From: Octopus sinensis
Taxonomy: Eukaryota
Length of the DNA: 64,000 nucleotides
Reading direction: 5' to 3'
Assembly: GCF_006345805.1 (NCBI RefSeq)
Contig: NC_043006.1
Location: 31,186,001-31,250,000 of the forward strand
The notes under the pieces were generated by a model, which did not search any database, was not told where the DNA came from, and saw only the letters and a program-made list of their open reading frames with translations. Positions 11,034-22,970 of the stretch are shown piece by piece (position 1 is the stretch's first letter; the number at the start of each line of letters is the position of its first letter). The translations under genes and the position numbers were made by a program.

Positions 11034-11235
11034 CAGCGGTTCTCAGCCATTTTGCACCTACGGACCCCTCTGATTACTATTCCATTTTAGTGGACCTCCA
11101 TAGCCATTGGCTGTTTAAAAACTAGTTTTATAGGGACTTCTTTCAAAATTCCTATTGTGCTTTTCACAAAATAACAAAATAACTCGAGAGAAAGAAACCC
11201 AGCTGTTTGTTGCAATAAATATTTCTAAAGCAGAA
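11034..11235 (+). mobile_element. Truncated hAT-type MITE (same family as 13531-13825)
   Basis: CAGCGGTTCTCAGCCATT...GGACCCCT..GATTACTATT..TAGTTTTATAG..TTCTTTCAAAATT shared with the 13531 copy. Confidence 0.65.
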
Positions 11236-11636
11236 TTTATAACTATACGGCGAATGGCTTTCTTTGTGGGTTTCAAATATGCTTGAGGCAAGTTCGAACC
11301 CGCGAGAAAGCCATTCACTGCACTTTGCGTTGGAGAAAATTTCTCGCTGTTGACAAAGTGGTGTAAATACACGGAGTCATCATTTTTCGGAAAGTGAAGT
11401 GCTGCAAGCTGACAAGGAGGGACAGGTCCCTCTGGTTAGGCAATGTTGTGAACTGACTCGGTTGTATCTACACCGGTTTGCCTGCAGCAAGAAATCTTCT
11501 CCATCACAAAATACTGTAAATAGCTTGATTACAAGTTCGAATAAGCCTCGAAAATATATTTGAACTGGTAATGGGTTTGTATTAATAACATTTTTTGTCA
11601 TAAGAAAGATTACAACAACAATAGCAACCACAGCAA

Positions 11637-11702
<66 letters not shown>

Positions 11703-12222
11703 CAACCTGATCATGAACAACATAAATGGTCTAACGTCGCAAACGGGACTAAACGGGATCAGATGTAAACGGGCGTGTCTTATCGAATATTTGTGCAGTC
11801 ATGTGACCTAACTATTGACACAGCTGTCACATGTTTACCGAGTTCCGTTACATCAAACCCCTTACCTTCCTGTTTCAAAACCTTTCACCCACTCCCCCAA
11901 CTCTCACCCTCGACACACAACTGGCCCCAGGGGTTAGACACGGATCACCTTTCTGCAAATATACATTGCACACAACTACATTTACATATACACATACTCT
12001 CTCTCCATCTCTCTCTCTCTCTCTCACTCACACACATATGCACGTACACACAAACACGCAAACACTTACACACACTTACGCACTTACACACACTCACACA
12101 TACAAGCGCACATTCATACAGACGCACACACTCCCACCCATGCGCTGCCACAGACGCCGAAACACGAAGCAATTCAGACAAATTATTTAGTAAGAAATAT
12201 TATGAAACTGATTTTGTATGTA

Positions 12223-12345
12223 GGCGCCGCAGGAGTGGCTGTGTGGTAAGAAGCTTGCTTCCCAACCACATGGTTCCGGGTTCAGCCCCGCTGCGTGGCA
12301 CATTTGGCAAGTGTTTTCTACTAGAGCCTCGGGCCGACCAAAGCC
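12223..12345 (+). mobile_element. 5' part of SINE family A
   Basis: gcaggagtggctgtgtggtaagaagcttgcttcccaaccacatggttccgggttcag: tRNA-like A/B boxes. Confidence 0.85.
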
Positions 12346-13530
12346 AGTTTCAGGCCTTGTACCTATAGCAGAAAGGAATACATATTGTATCTACTCTTAA
12401 GACGGTAGGGTGTAGTTTTGGGAAAAATTTGCTGCTATTTCTAGGATGTCAAACAACCCTATGGTTTGGGATGTATCACAGATTAAATATGACGTTACTG
12501 GAGTGTTTGAACCGTTTTTTAAATCATGTTTTAAAGTTCAAATTTCAGAAGAACAAAAAAAAAAAAATGAAACAAAACAAAAAACGATACACAATTATTA
12601 GTGACATTTATTAATCCTGTTTGTGTGAAAGCTGACTGATGTTCTTCAGCCATGTTTTCAATATAAGGAGACGTCTTTGCGACAAACAGACTTTCATTTC
12701 TTTCTCAATGCATTGAATAGTGTCCTCTTTTTCGCATGGAATCAATAAAGAAAATCCTGATTTATATAAATAAAAAGGGTCTTAGTGGATCACGACTGAA
12801 CATTGATCTGTTCTTAAATGTAAAAGCCTGGGAAATGCTTCTTTGAGGAAGACTGGCAGCATTTGCCTGTGTATACAAATCTGCCCGCCTCACATCGCTG
12901 ATGTTTATTTAAGGGGAAAAAAGGTCATCGACTTTTCTCGATACAACTGGGTACCAGTGTCATCGCAGTGGTTAAAGGTAGAACACACAATGCCGGAATA
13001 CATATCGAAAGGCATTTAGTCCGACTCGCAAACCTTTCGGCCAACTCACTGTCCTCCTCGATTGGTGTTTTTTAATCGACTCCAAACATGAGGCAAGATA
13101 AAGCCAACCATGAATTGAATTCAAACGGCCGAGAGTTGGAACAAATACCACGAGACATTTTGTTCAAAGCTCTATTGATTTTGTCAATTTGCCATTAATT
13201 TCACATAAATAATTTATTGAAAAATAATAGATTAAAATTGATAAAACTATTGTAGGATATTCTTCTTAGATGGAAGGTAAACATTTTCAAGAGAGACCCC
13301 CACTTCATATTTGATTTTTAGACCACGACAAATTAGGCGTAGAAACCAATTCGTCTTCTTCAGATAATTTCAGACCTAAATTAGTTGGTATTACCATATA
13401 GAGCTTTTAAATTTATTACACTGTTCTATGTTTAAAGATTGAAGATAATAGCTCAGTTTCTCTTCTAGAATTGTCAACTACTCAATTATGAAAGAAATCA
13501 CTTCATTTATATGAGTTTTACCTTCCAAAG

Positions 13531-13825
13531 CAGCGTTTCTCAATCATTCTTCATCCATGGGCCCTTTTTGATTACTATTTTACTCCGGTGGGTCCCCATA
13601 ACAATTTGATGCTTAAATACTAGTTTTATAGATATTTCTTTCAAAATTACTATTTCTCGTTTCATGAATTATGTAAAACGTTTGGGAAAGAAATCTTGCT
13701 ATTTCTAAAACAAAAAGTTTCACGGACCTTTAAAATATTACAGCAGATTCCCAGTTTACTGTTTTTCTAGCGTGAACCCCTAAAAATCTATTATGGACCC
13801 TCAGGGGTCAAATGGAGAACCACTC
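13531..13825. mobile_element. hAT (Charlie/Buster-like) MITE with 8-bp TSD
   Basis: Ends CAGCGTTTCTCAA...TGGAGAACCACTC. Flanks TTCCAAAG (13523-30) and TTCTAAAG (13826-33) form an 8-bp TSD with one mismatch and central TA. Confidence 0.75.
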
Positions 13826-14040
13826 TTCTAAAGTAAAATAATTCAAGATTAACGTCTTTTACCTTTTTCTGTTCCCAATTATTATTTTTGTTGCAGGTTT
13901 CAATATATTTTCGTTTTTCCTTACATACTTCTGTTCAAGATCTTAAGGCCTTGAATTATCCTCTTTGTCAAATATACCAGGCTAGAAACCCAACATTCGA
14001 ATTGCAACTATTTACAAAGGTCTCTCTCTTTTTACTCTTT

Positions 14041-14212
14041 TTACTTGTTTCAGCACCGCCTTTAGTCGAGCAAATCGACCCCAGGACTTATTCTTTGTAA
14101 GCCTAGTACTTATTCTATCGGTCTCTTTTTGCCGAACCGCTAAGTTACGGAGACGTAAACACACCAGCATCGGTTGTCAAGCGATGTTGGGGCGACAAAC
14201 ACAGACACACAA

Positions 14213-14261
<49 letters not shown>

Positions 14262-14432
14262 CATATATACGACGGGCTTCTTTCAGTTTCCGTCTACCAA
14301 ATCCACTCACAAGGCTTTGGTCGGCCCGAGGCTATAGTAGAAGACACTTGCCCAAGGTGGCACGCAGTGGGACTGAACCCGGAACCATGTGGTTGGTAAG
14401 CAAGCTACTTACCACACAGCCACTCCTACGCC
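14041..14432 (-). mobile_element. Near full-length SINE family A with internal (CA)n/(TA)n microsatellite
   Basis: tRNA-like head at 14432-14370, ccttgggcaagtgtc-like core, internal microsatellite 14205-14270, 3' end matching the 9050 and 51114 copies (small internal deletion). Confidence 0.92.
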
Positions 14433-15154
14433 AATAAAATCTGTTTAAAATCTGTTTCTAATAAAATTAACCACTTCAGTAATTTGATCTAAAACTTGCA
14501 ACACCCAGTGTTTCGATTATGTAGAAAGCAGTGAGTTATAGTAACACCTCGAAACACAGTCGACCAAAGACGGGAATCCATTGGTACATATAACATCAGA
14601 TGAGTTGTAAAGATAATTCTAATTTTCTAGATATTTAAAATATGAAAAATGTCTTCATCTTTTTAGTGCTTTTCATTTCTATTCTTTTTCAGTGAAACGA
14701 ATAAACACTAAAAGCTGCATTTTTACTATTTATCGTCTGTTGAGTCATGAACTTGTTGGAGCATTTCACCGAGATTTCTCGGTGTCAGCAACGAGTTCCA
14801 AAATGTAGCAAGAAACCATAACATTTGAGAGAGGAATATTTTTCTATTTCTTACTCTGCTAGAATTATCTTAACATCATTTCTGAAGGCAAAATATTTGT
14901 TTCCGTTAAAATATTAGACTTCATTTTTTTTTGTTTTTTGGGGGGTGGGGGGATGCAGCCATTTCAAATATTTTATAAGCTGCAGTTGGGACCTTTTCGG
15001 AAACTGATACTTTTAAATATATTTACCTGGGTGGTTTGATGTTCTGGTCCTTAACTTAAATTTTTGTCGTTGAAGACAGGAATGTTTAGCTTGGAGATAT
15101 CGACTAAACATGCTTGGAAACATTAATTTATTTATCATATTATAATGAAACTGG

Positions 15155-15447
15155 TCCTCCATCGATTACGATGATGAGTGTTCCAGTTGATCCGATCAAA
15201 GAAACAGCCTGTTCGTGAAATTAATGTGCAAGTGACTGAGTACTCAACAGAGATTCATAACCCTTAACGTAGTTCTCAGGGAGATTCAGAATGACACCAA
15301 ATGTGACACGGCTGAACCTTTAAAAATACAGGTACAACTCATTTTTGCCAACTGAGTGGACTGGAGCACAATGCGCCCTAGGAATCGAACTCACGCCTTG
15401 ACGATCTTGAGCCGAAATCCCTTAACCGTTAAGCCACGCGCCTTCAC
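15155..15447 (-). mobile_element. tRNA-derived SINE family D
   Basis: Head gtgaaggcgcgtggctt..ggttaaggg..gagttcgattcc. Tail ..gttccagttgatccgatc..gtgaaattaa.gtgcaagtg.ctgag; homolog at 37050-37350. Confidence 0.8.
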
Positions 15448-15739
15448 CATAATATAATCTCTGCACCAAATACAACGTAGGTCAAGGTATCCCAATGTAT
15501 ACTGCATGGTTGGGTACTTCAGGGCCTGTGCTGCATAAAACGGCGAATCCTCTGTCCCCACCCCTCCTCCACCCGACCTGCTCTATCCCCTTATAACTAG
15601 AAGGGTACCGAAGCTGGGAGTTAAGTGAGCGAAAGTCAAGGGACGAAGCCGTAACAGCTTGTTTGGTCCTCTACACTTGAATATAAGGTACTCGATGTGT
15701 ATCTAGTAAATGCACTTAGCCAAGAGGTAAGGGTGGGCC

Positions 15740-15865
15740 TGTTTGAACTCTTAATCGCTAGATCATGATTTCGATTCCCGGATTGGGTAGCACGTTGTGC
15801 TCTTGAGCAAAACATTTCATTTCACGTTGCTCCAGTCCACTCAGCTGTAAATGGGTCACCCCTGC
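15740..15865 (+). mobile_element. SINE head/core fragment (family C/D, CORE-like ttgagcaa..ccagtccactcagctgtaaatggg)
   Basis: Matches 50560-50650. Confidence 0.7.
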
Positions 15866-15968
15866 TATGGCCCGGTGTCCTGTTCCGGATCTCGGTCAAT
15901 TATTCACTGTAGAAACCTGGAAACCAGACCCTATCAGACCTGGGACCCTGTGACAGTTACGCCCAGGA

Positions 15969-15978
15969 TTGATGATGG

Positions 15979-16035
<57 letters not shown>

Positions 16036-16062
16036 CGATGTTGATGAGGATGATGTATGACG
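15969..16062. repeat. (GAT)n trinucleotide repeat
   Basis: Direct inspection. Confidence 0.97.
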
Positions 16063-16241
16063 ATGGAATGTCGAAATGCGGTGGAAACTCAACAAATGTT
16101 ACCCGAAATAAAAGCAAAAAGATAGGAACAGGCGTAAACTGGCGTAAATACGTTGATACCTGTTCGTATTCACCACACTGATGTGTAGAATAAGCGCACG
16201 ACTATGACTTATTAACGATGTCTGCCGTGGCAACACTTGAA

Positions 16242-16400
16242 TTAAGACACGGTTTCTCTGAAAGTCAAATCCTGAACACAGAATGACTGGATTATGGCAC
16301 AGGTGACATTAAGATTAAATTTTCGATCGCGGGCAATGTCCTGGTTTGCCCTGGCCTGATTTTGTCTGTTATATCTGTTGAAAGAAGCACCATTGAAATG
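16242..16400 (-). pseudogene. Possible short hAT/DUF4371 transposase fragment
   Basis: QDIARDRKFNLNVTCAIIQSFCVQDLTFR resembles the I.RNR..L..I...I.FC..Q.L.FRG motif. Short and degenerate. Confidence 0.35.
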
Positions 16401-17175
16401 GACTGACGCCTTAGGAAATTGAATAAACCAAGGGAAAACCAATGGAGTTCGTATGCAAGAGTTTATCAGAAACTTTAATTCAGGACAAGTTTGGTTTAAG
16501 TTATAATTTTTATTATTTTAATTTACTGGATAATCAGTCTTAGATTATTTTATTTTTATATTCTGTAACCGGCGAGAAGGAAGGTGTTGTGGATGGGTTT
16601 TGTGGTGTAAGTTTAGCAAGAACAATACATAAAGTATAGGCGGTGCCATCTACTTTGAAAAAAATTATGAAAATCTAGGCGCGACGAATTCGAACACGCC
16701 CTCAAGTCGCTGTAATTCAGCGGCACCACCGCTGTGCATTTTAGAAACGTTCTGCGACTAAAGAAACCCGCTCCCCAACCACCGCTCCATATCGCAGTCA
16801 AAATTACAGCCAACTGATTTCTGTGTGTGTATATGTGTGAGTTTAATGTATGTGCATGTGTTGTGTGTGTGTGTGCGCGTGTGTATGAGAGTGTGTGTGG
16901 AAGTTTATTGTGTATGCGTGTTTAAGTTTTAGTGTCTGCGTATGCAAGTTTGTTCTGTGAATGGGTTCGTGTAAAAAAAACATAGAGGGAGGCGAAGCAA
17001 CCATTAAAGGAAAAAAATGAACGAATGGCGTTGTTATAGTTTGTAGTGTTAGTCGAAGCTGAAAATGTCGTCGCTGTATTTGCGAATGACGACGTCGTTG
17101 ATGTTGCGGTTGTTTTTGGCGAGAAGGAGGGTCAGGCATTGAAGTTCGTTATGTATTATTACATATATTGATATG

Positions 17176-17274
17176 ACTAAGAATAATTGACAATGGCTGT
17201 GCTCATCCAAGCAGGGACAGCAGCACTGCAACCGGCCCAAACATTCACTACAAGTTGATCAGTTCCAGTTTCAG
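17176..17274 (-). CDS. Candidate terminal coding exon (AETGTDQLVVNVWAGCSAAVPAWMSTAIVNYS*), product unknown
   Basis: Strong minus-strand acceptor ttttgtgattttattttcgtttttcag| at 17275. Only one of three frames stays open beyond 9 codons. No homology recognised. Confidence 0.25.
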
Positions 17275-17439
17275 CTGAAAAACGAAAATAAAATCACAAA
17301 AGAAGTGGATGGCAGCCGATACACGAGGCCTTTCTTTTCTTCTCTTTATTTTCCTTTGATTCTTCTTCTGTTTTTCCATTTTCCATTTCAATTGTTGCGT
17401 TAAATTTTCCATTGAAACAATGCAATTCTTTTAATAATA

Positions 17440-17500
17440 GGGTTTAATCTATCCGTAATCCACCCGACTTAATCCATACATATCGCACGTGACCTGATCT
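17440..17500. promoter_or_regulatory. Cluster of K50-homeodomain-type sites (TAATCT, TAATCC x2) plus CACGTG E-box and Fox-like site
   Basis: ggtttaatctatccgtaatccacccgacttaatccatacatatcgcacgtgacctgatctattgtttatg in CpG-rich unique DNA. Confidence 0.4.
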
Positions 17501-18858
17501 ATTGTTTATGACCCTTGCAGCGATTCGGTCTAATTGCCTCTTTGAAACAACAACAACAACAACAGCAAAATTTAAAAAAAAGAACGAGAAAAAAAAGAAA
17601 ACGAAAGAGAGAACTAAGTCTGTAAACGCCGCCACAACCACTTGACAGCTATTATCATTTATTTAGCCATGGCTCTCCTTTCCTCTTTAATCCTATCTCG
17701 GGTCACCGCAGACATTTACATTATCTTGGTTGCATCAACGATTGTACTTCGGCCATTTGCCATCGCCACTGCCACCACCACCACCACCATCCCCACCTCC
17801 GCCAACGGAAAGAAAGAACATCGCTATCGTCATCCCCATCGCCATCATCAACGTCATCGTTGTCGTGTAAACATCGTCGACGTCCTCGTCATCGCTTAGA
17901 CATAAGACGTCCGCCATTAAACATATTTCACCAAGCAGGCGACACATTTTCACGTGATTCCCTCCTCCTCCTCCACCTCATTATCATCATCTTCCGCCTC
18001 CTCTCCTTCTTTACTCCTCCTGCCACTTCTTCTTTCTCCTCTTCTTCTCTCCTTCGTCCCATCACCCCAACATTTTGCAGCTCTCAACCCTTCCTTTTAT
18101 CCGTATCTCCCCGCTTCTTTCCCCTTCCTCCTCCCCTCCCTCTCCTCTTTCCACCTTCCTCTCTTTCCACTTTCCTTCTCACTTTCCTCCTCCACTTCAT
18201 CCACCTTATCCTCATTATCCTCCTCCTCTTCATCTCTTCATTCCACTTCTTTCATTTTCTCGTCACCCATAACTATCTCTCTCTCTCTCTCTCACTTTTC
18301 CCTCCCATCTCTCTCCCTCTCGCTTCTTTCCCCTCCCTCTCGCTTCTTTCCCCTCCCTCTCTCTCTCTCACCTCTCCCTCTCATCTCTCTCTCTCTTCCT
18401 CTCCCTTCTTTCCCCTTCCTCTCCCTCTCTCTCTTTCCCCAACTAACACCTTACACCGGTCACACAGTCACACGTCATACACTCTCACACAATTTACCAA
18501 ATTCAATGTAGAGTAATGGCCGAACGAGAGAGATATCAAGTGAGACGTCGGGACAAACGGCGTTAATTCCAGCCAGTTTCTGTGTCGAAGAAGTGATCTG
18601 AAAATACGACAATAGAAGTTAATCTTCAGGGTCTTTTATTGCCATTGTTTATTGCTACTGTTAGTGCTACGCTTGTAATAACTGTTAACGTTGTCAGCGT
18701 TGCCTTTCACTCCGGCTGTTTTATGTAGCTGTAAACATCGTTATTTTGACGTGTGGCCCTGTTGTTGCTGTTGCTATTGTCTTCCATGGCTGGTGTTTCT
18801 AACTGTTGTTGGTGTCGCTGGTGTAGGAGGCCATTTATGACGAAAATAAATCTTACTA

Positions 18859-18869
<11 letters not shown>

Positions 18870-18900
<31 letters not shown>

Positions 18901-19480
18901 ATATGTGTGTATATATATGTGTGTACCCCACCCCACACGTATATATATATATATATATATATATATTCCTTTCACTGTCTCCCTCGCTTTTTCGCTCTTG
19001 CACAATATCCGTAGGAGTATATTTGTATATGGACGTAGGTATGTATGTATGTATGTATGTATGTATGTATGTATGTATGTATGTATGTATGTATGTATGT
19101 ATGTATGTATGCATGTATGTAAGCATGTATGTATGTATGTATGTATGTATGTATGTATGTATGCATGTATGTATGAATCCATGTATGTATGTATGTATGT
19201 ATGTATGCATGTATGTAAGCATGTATGTATGTATGTATGTATGTATGTATGTATGTATGTATGTATGTATGCATGTATGTATGAATCCATGTATGTATGT
19301 ATGTATGTATGTATGTATGCATGTATGTAAGCATGTATGTATGTATGTATGTATGTATGTATGTATGTATGTATGCATGTATGTATGAATCCATGTATGT
19401 ATGTATGTATGTATGTATGTACGTACGTATGTATGTATATGCGCGTGTATATATATAGATAGATAGATAGATAGATAGAC

Positions 19481-19520
<40 letters not shown>
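18870..19520. repeat. (TATG)n tract with higher-order variant units, plus (TA)n,(GATA)n,(GA)n
   Basis: Variant motifs catgtatgtaagcatg and gaatccatg each recur three times. Confidence 0.95.
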
Positions 19521-19749
19521 AGAGGGAGTGTCAGACAGATAAACAGTGAAAGGAAGGAATATAAGATTCACGAATCGACAGATACAAATGAAAATATGAA
19601 TCTGTCCATTTATATACGAGTATGGACGTGTGAGTGTGTTTTTAATGCAAACGAAATTTTCTAAAACAAAGTAGGAATTATTCCTTCAAGTTCACGTGCG
19701 AAGATACACACCACACACAGACACACGCACGCACACACACACACGCACG

Positions 19750-19790
<41 letters not shown>

Positions 19791-19883
19791 ACACATACAG
19801 GTGCATAAGCATCCACACAAACACAACATGTGATTGTGCGTATTTATGTATGTGTATGTATGTATGTTTGTATGCACACACCT

Positions 19884-19921
<38 letters not shown>

Positions 19922-20039
19922 TCTCTCTTGCTTGCTCCCTCACTCCCTTTCTCTCTCAATTTCTCTCTCTCTCCATCTCTCTTTCGCACACAAGCAAATG
20001 TATGCGATGTGATTTACGTTGAAGTGGTCAGCTGCAGGG

Positions 20040-20135
<96 letters not shown>

Positions 20136-20524
20136 GTCTGTCTGTCTGTCTGTATGTCTGTCTGTCTGTTTGTCTGTTTGTCTGTCTGTCTATCAACATG
20201 TGCGCGCTCACACACACACACGCACATACACACATATATGTGTGTGTGTGTGTATGTATATATATATAGATAGATATGCATACATATATATATGTACGCA
20301 TATATATGTATGTACACTCACATAAATACAACCATACATTCTTAATTTCCACACACGCACACATATATATTTATATCACTAGCGTAGCTAGAGTGTGTGC
20401 CGTCCCTTCGACCCCACAAAAAGCACATATCGCCTACAGCAGACCCAAAAGTGGTGCCCCATTAAATGTACCGCCCGGGGTGGACCGCCTCTACCACCTC
20501 CACCTGGGTATATATATGTATATA

Positions 20525-20557
<33 letters not shown>

Positions 20558-20560
20558 AAA

Positions 20561-20755
20561 CGCGAGCTGTCAGAATCGTTACCGCACCGGACAAAATGGT
20601 TAACGGCATTTTTCCCGACTTCATGTTCTGAGCTCAAATGCCGCGGGGGTTGACTTTACCTTTCATCCTATGGGGTCGATAAAATGAGCACTGGGGTCGC
20701 TGTGATCGACTTACTCTCTCTCACGAAATTGTTGGCCTGTTGCCAAAATTTGATA

Positions 20756-20757
<2 letters not shown>
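20561..20757 (+). mobile_element. Older SINE B' copy
   Basis: gagctgtcagaatcgtt..gttctgagctcaaatgccg..gactttacctttcatcct..ggggtcgataaaa. Confidence 0.75.
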
Positions 20758-20826
<69 letters not shown>

Positions 20827-21741
20827 ATGTACACACACATACACACACATACATAGGTAGATGTATGTGTGTGTATTTCCTTTTGTGGTACAAAAATATA
20901 AAACACCTCAATATAACTTCATGCTGGGAGCAAGTGGAATAAACTGGGAATACGAACCTTAAGTAGAGTCTCGCTCGGTCAGTTTGATCGACCGTCATTG
21001 TGTTGGCAAGACTCAAAAATAAATTCCTCTAGACAATAAAAGCAGGATAGATGTTCGGCTGTCAATTGTCTTCTGTTAAGGGTCACGTAAACTCTTTGAA
21101 ATCATGAAAAGCAATTTTGACATGACCAGCTTGAAATTAAAAATTGGGGTATGATGGCAGCTGATGTGGTGTTTCTCCGTAAGACATGTGATACAACACT
21201 TTGGTATATTCCTAAATTGATGTGCATTGTCTAACCCCGTTCTTGCGATGATGTTATCCTCCTTTGTTTTTCGATTTCCTAATGTATCTCGGAAGTGATG
21301 TGATGCAGCGATCTTTGAAGTTAGGCACTGTATGCCATATGTTGTTTGTTGACGCGTGTCTGATGGAACCATAAACGCGATAAATGATGCTTTTTAAGGA
21401 ATTTGTCTTTTAGGGGGCGAAGTTTGACATATCGACAAATTATATATTTATCACAAACATTTGTGATAACTGCATCTTGGCTCATCCACAGGCTTCAGCT
21501 ATAAGATCACAATTTCTTTGTCCGTTACTACAGTGATATCTATCTAATGGAACTATCTCGGTGCACATCCGTATTATTCATACGAAATTTTCCCGTTCAA
21601 CTTCGAGTTGCTGAGACAAACCCAAATACTTCCTGGAGAATTTCAAAGACAATATCACTCCAGAAACACAATCGAAGACAAATGGCGATGTACACATGCA
21701 GCACCGTTTCCAGTAATTTCTATTCTTTTACTTTCCAACAG

Positions 21742-21799
21742 AGAGCAAATCTTCGGAAAACTCGGACGTCGAAAGCCTTTGTGGGTTGGAAAGGAAAAG
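21742..21799 (+). CDS. Candidate 58-nt internal exon, product unknown
   Basis: Acceptor atttctattcttttactttccaacag| and donor AAG|gtaaaa. All three frames are open, so the frame is unresolved. Confidence 0.25.
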
Positions 21800-21844
21800 G
21801 TAAAACTGTGGTTCGAGAATTCAAACACTTTCTTTTACACAAAT

Positions 21845-21913
<69 letters not shown>

Positions 21914-21944
21914 CATGCACGCACATACATGTATATACGAGAGA

Positions 21945-22101
21945 CTCCTTTCAGTTTCTGTCTTCCAAATCTATTCACAAGACTTTGATCGGTCAGAGGC
22001 TATGTTAGAAAACACTTGTCCAGAGTAACACGCAGTGGGAATGAACCCGGAACCATGTGGTTGAGAAGCAAGCTTCTTTCCACACAGCCGCTTCTGCGCC
22101 T
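21945..22101 (-). mobile_element. 5' half of SINE family A (diverged)
   Basis: cgcagtgggaatgaacccggaaccatgtggttgagaagcaagcttctttccacacagccgcttctgcgcc. Confidence 0.8.
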
Positions 22102-22305
22102 ACGTCGTAGAAAGGACTGGGGAACCGTGAATTAATTAAGTTGGAGATTGATTGAAGATTTGTTAATTGGTGAAATGTGTTTTTAATATTGGTTTCGGTC
22201 TAGCGTATCAATATGTATAGGTGCAACGACCATACACACACACACACGCACGCATACATACATACATACATACATACATACATACATACATACATACATA
22301 CATAC

Positions 22306-22585
22306 TATGAATTCATATTCATACCGATAATAATTGGAGCACTAGGTTTTGTTAGTAAATGCTTAAAGGAGAATCTTGATAAACTGGGATTTTCAGAAAG
22401 AGAAATCGACCGGCTGATTCGTACAGTACAAGTGCAATCTGTGAGTCGAACAGTAAAAATATGGAAGACTTTTCTCAAGTTCCAAATATGAATTCATCTG
22501 TGTTAACTACATCCCAAAGATGGATCCTTGTATCTTTGTGGGAAACCGGCTCCCTCCTCAGTGGAAGGTTTATAATAATTAAAAA
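22306..22585 (+). mobile_element. 3' end of a REL-endonuclease non-LTR retrotransposon (R4/Dong-like)
   Basis: YEFIFIPIIIGALGFVSKCLKENLDKLGFSE..IDRLIRTVQVQSVSRTVKIWKTFLKFQI* matches the V.P.IIGALG...L..LG...Q..L.T.KI...L terminus. A short 3' UTR ends in a tataataattaaaaaa tail. Confidence 0.7.
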
Positions 22586-22736
22586 ATAGAACACACACAC
22601 ATACAGATATATACATACATACATACATACATACATGCATACATACATATACATACTATATGCATACATACGCATACATGCATATATACGTATACATATG
22701 TATACAAGCATGCATACATACATACACGCACGCACG

Positions 22737-22782
<46 letters not shown>

Positions 22783-22970
22783 ACACACACTTGCGCCTAT
22801 TTCACGGAAATGTTCTCTTCCATCTCAATCACAGGTTTTTAAATTAATTTTTTTATCTAAAATGTTTGAAACTTCGAATACTGGTAGAATTTCTCACGTA
22901 GAACACGGTTTACTGTGAACATTTTTGACAAAATTTCGTATTTTAGAAGATATTTCGTGTTAAAGTTGTT

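Noticed and set aside
16710-16735. Small hairpin CAGCGG-cacca-CCGCTG
   Set aside because: A 6-bp stem is within chance expectation and does not extend into a precursor-like structure.
17860-18516. 218-aa and 185-aa Leu/Ser/Pro/Phe-rich ORFs
   Set aside because: They arise from a polypyrimidine (CT-rich) low-complexity tract.
20376-20510. CACTAGCGTAGCTAG...CCGCCCGGGGTGGACCGCC resembling a CAGTGGCGTAGC-type MITE
   Set aside because: Ends are too eroded to verify TIRs or TSD.
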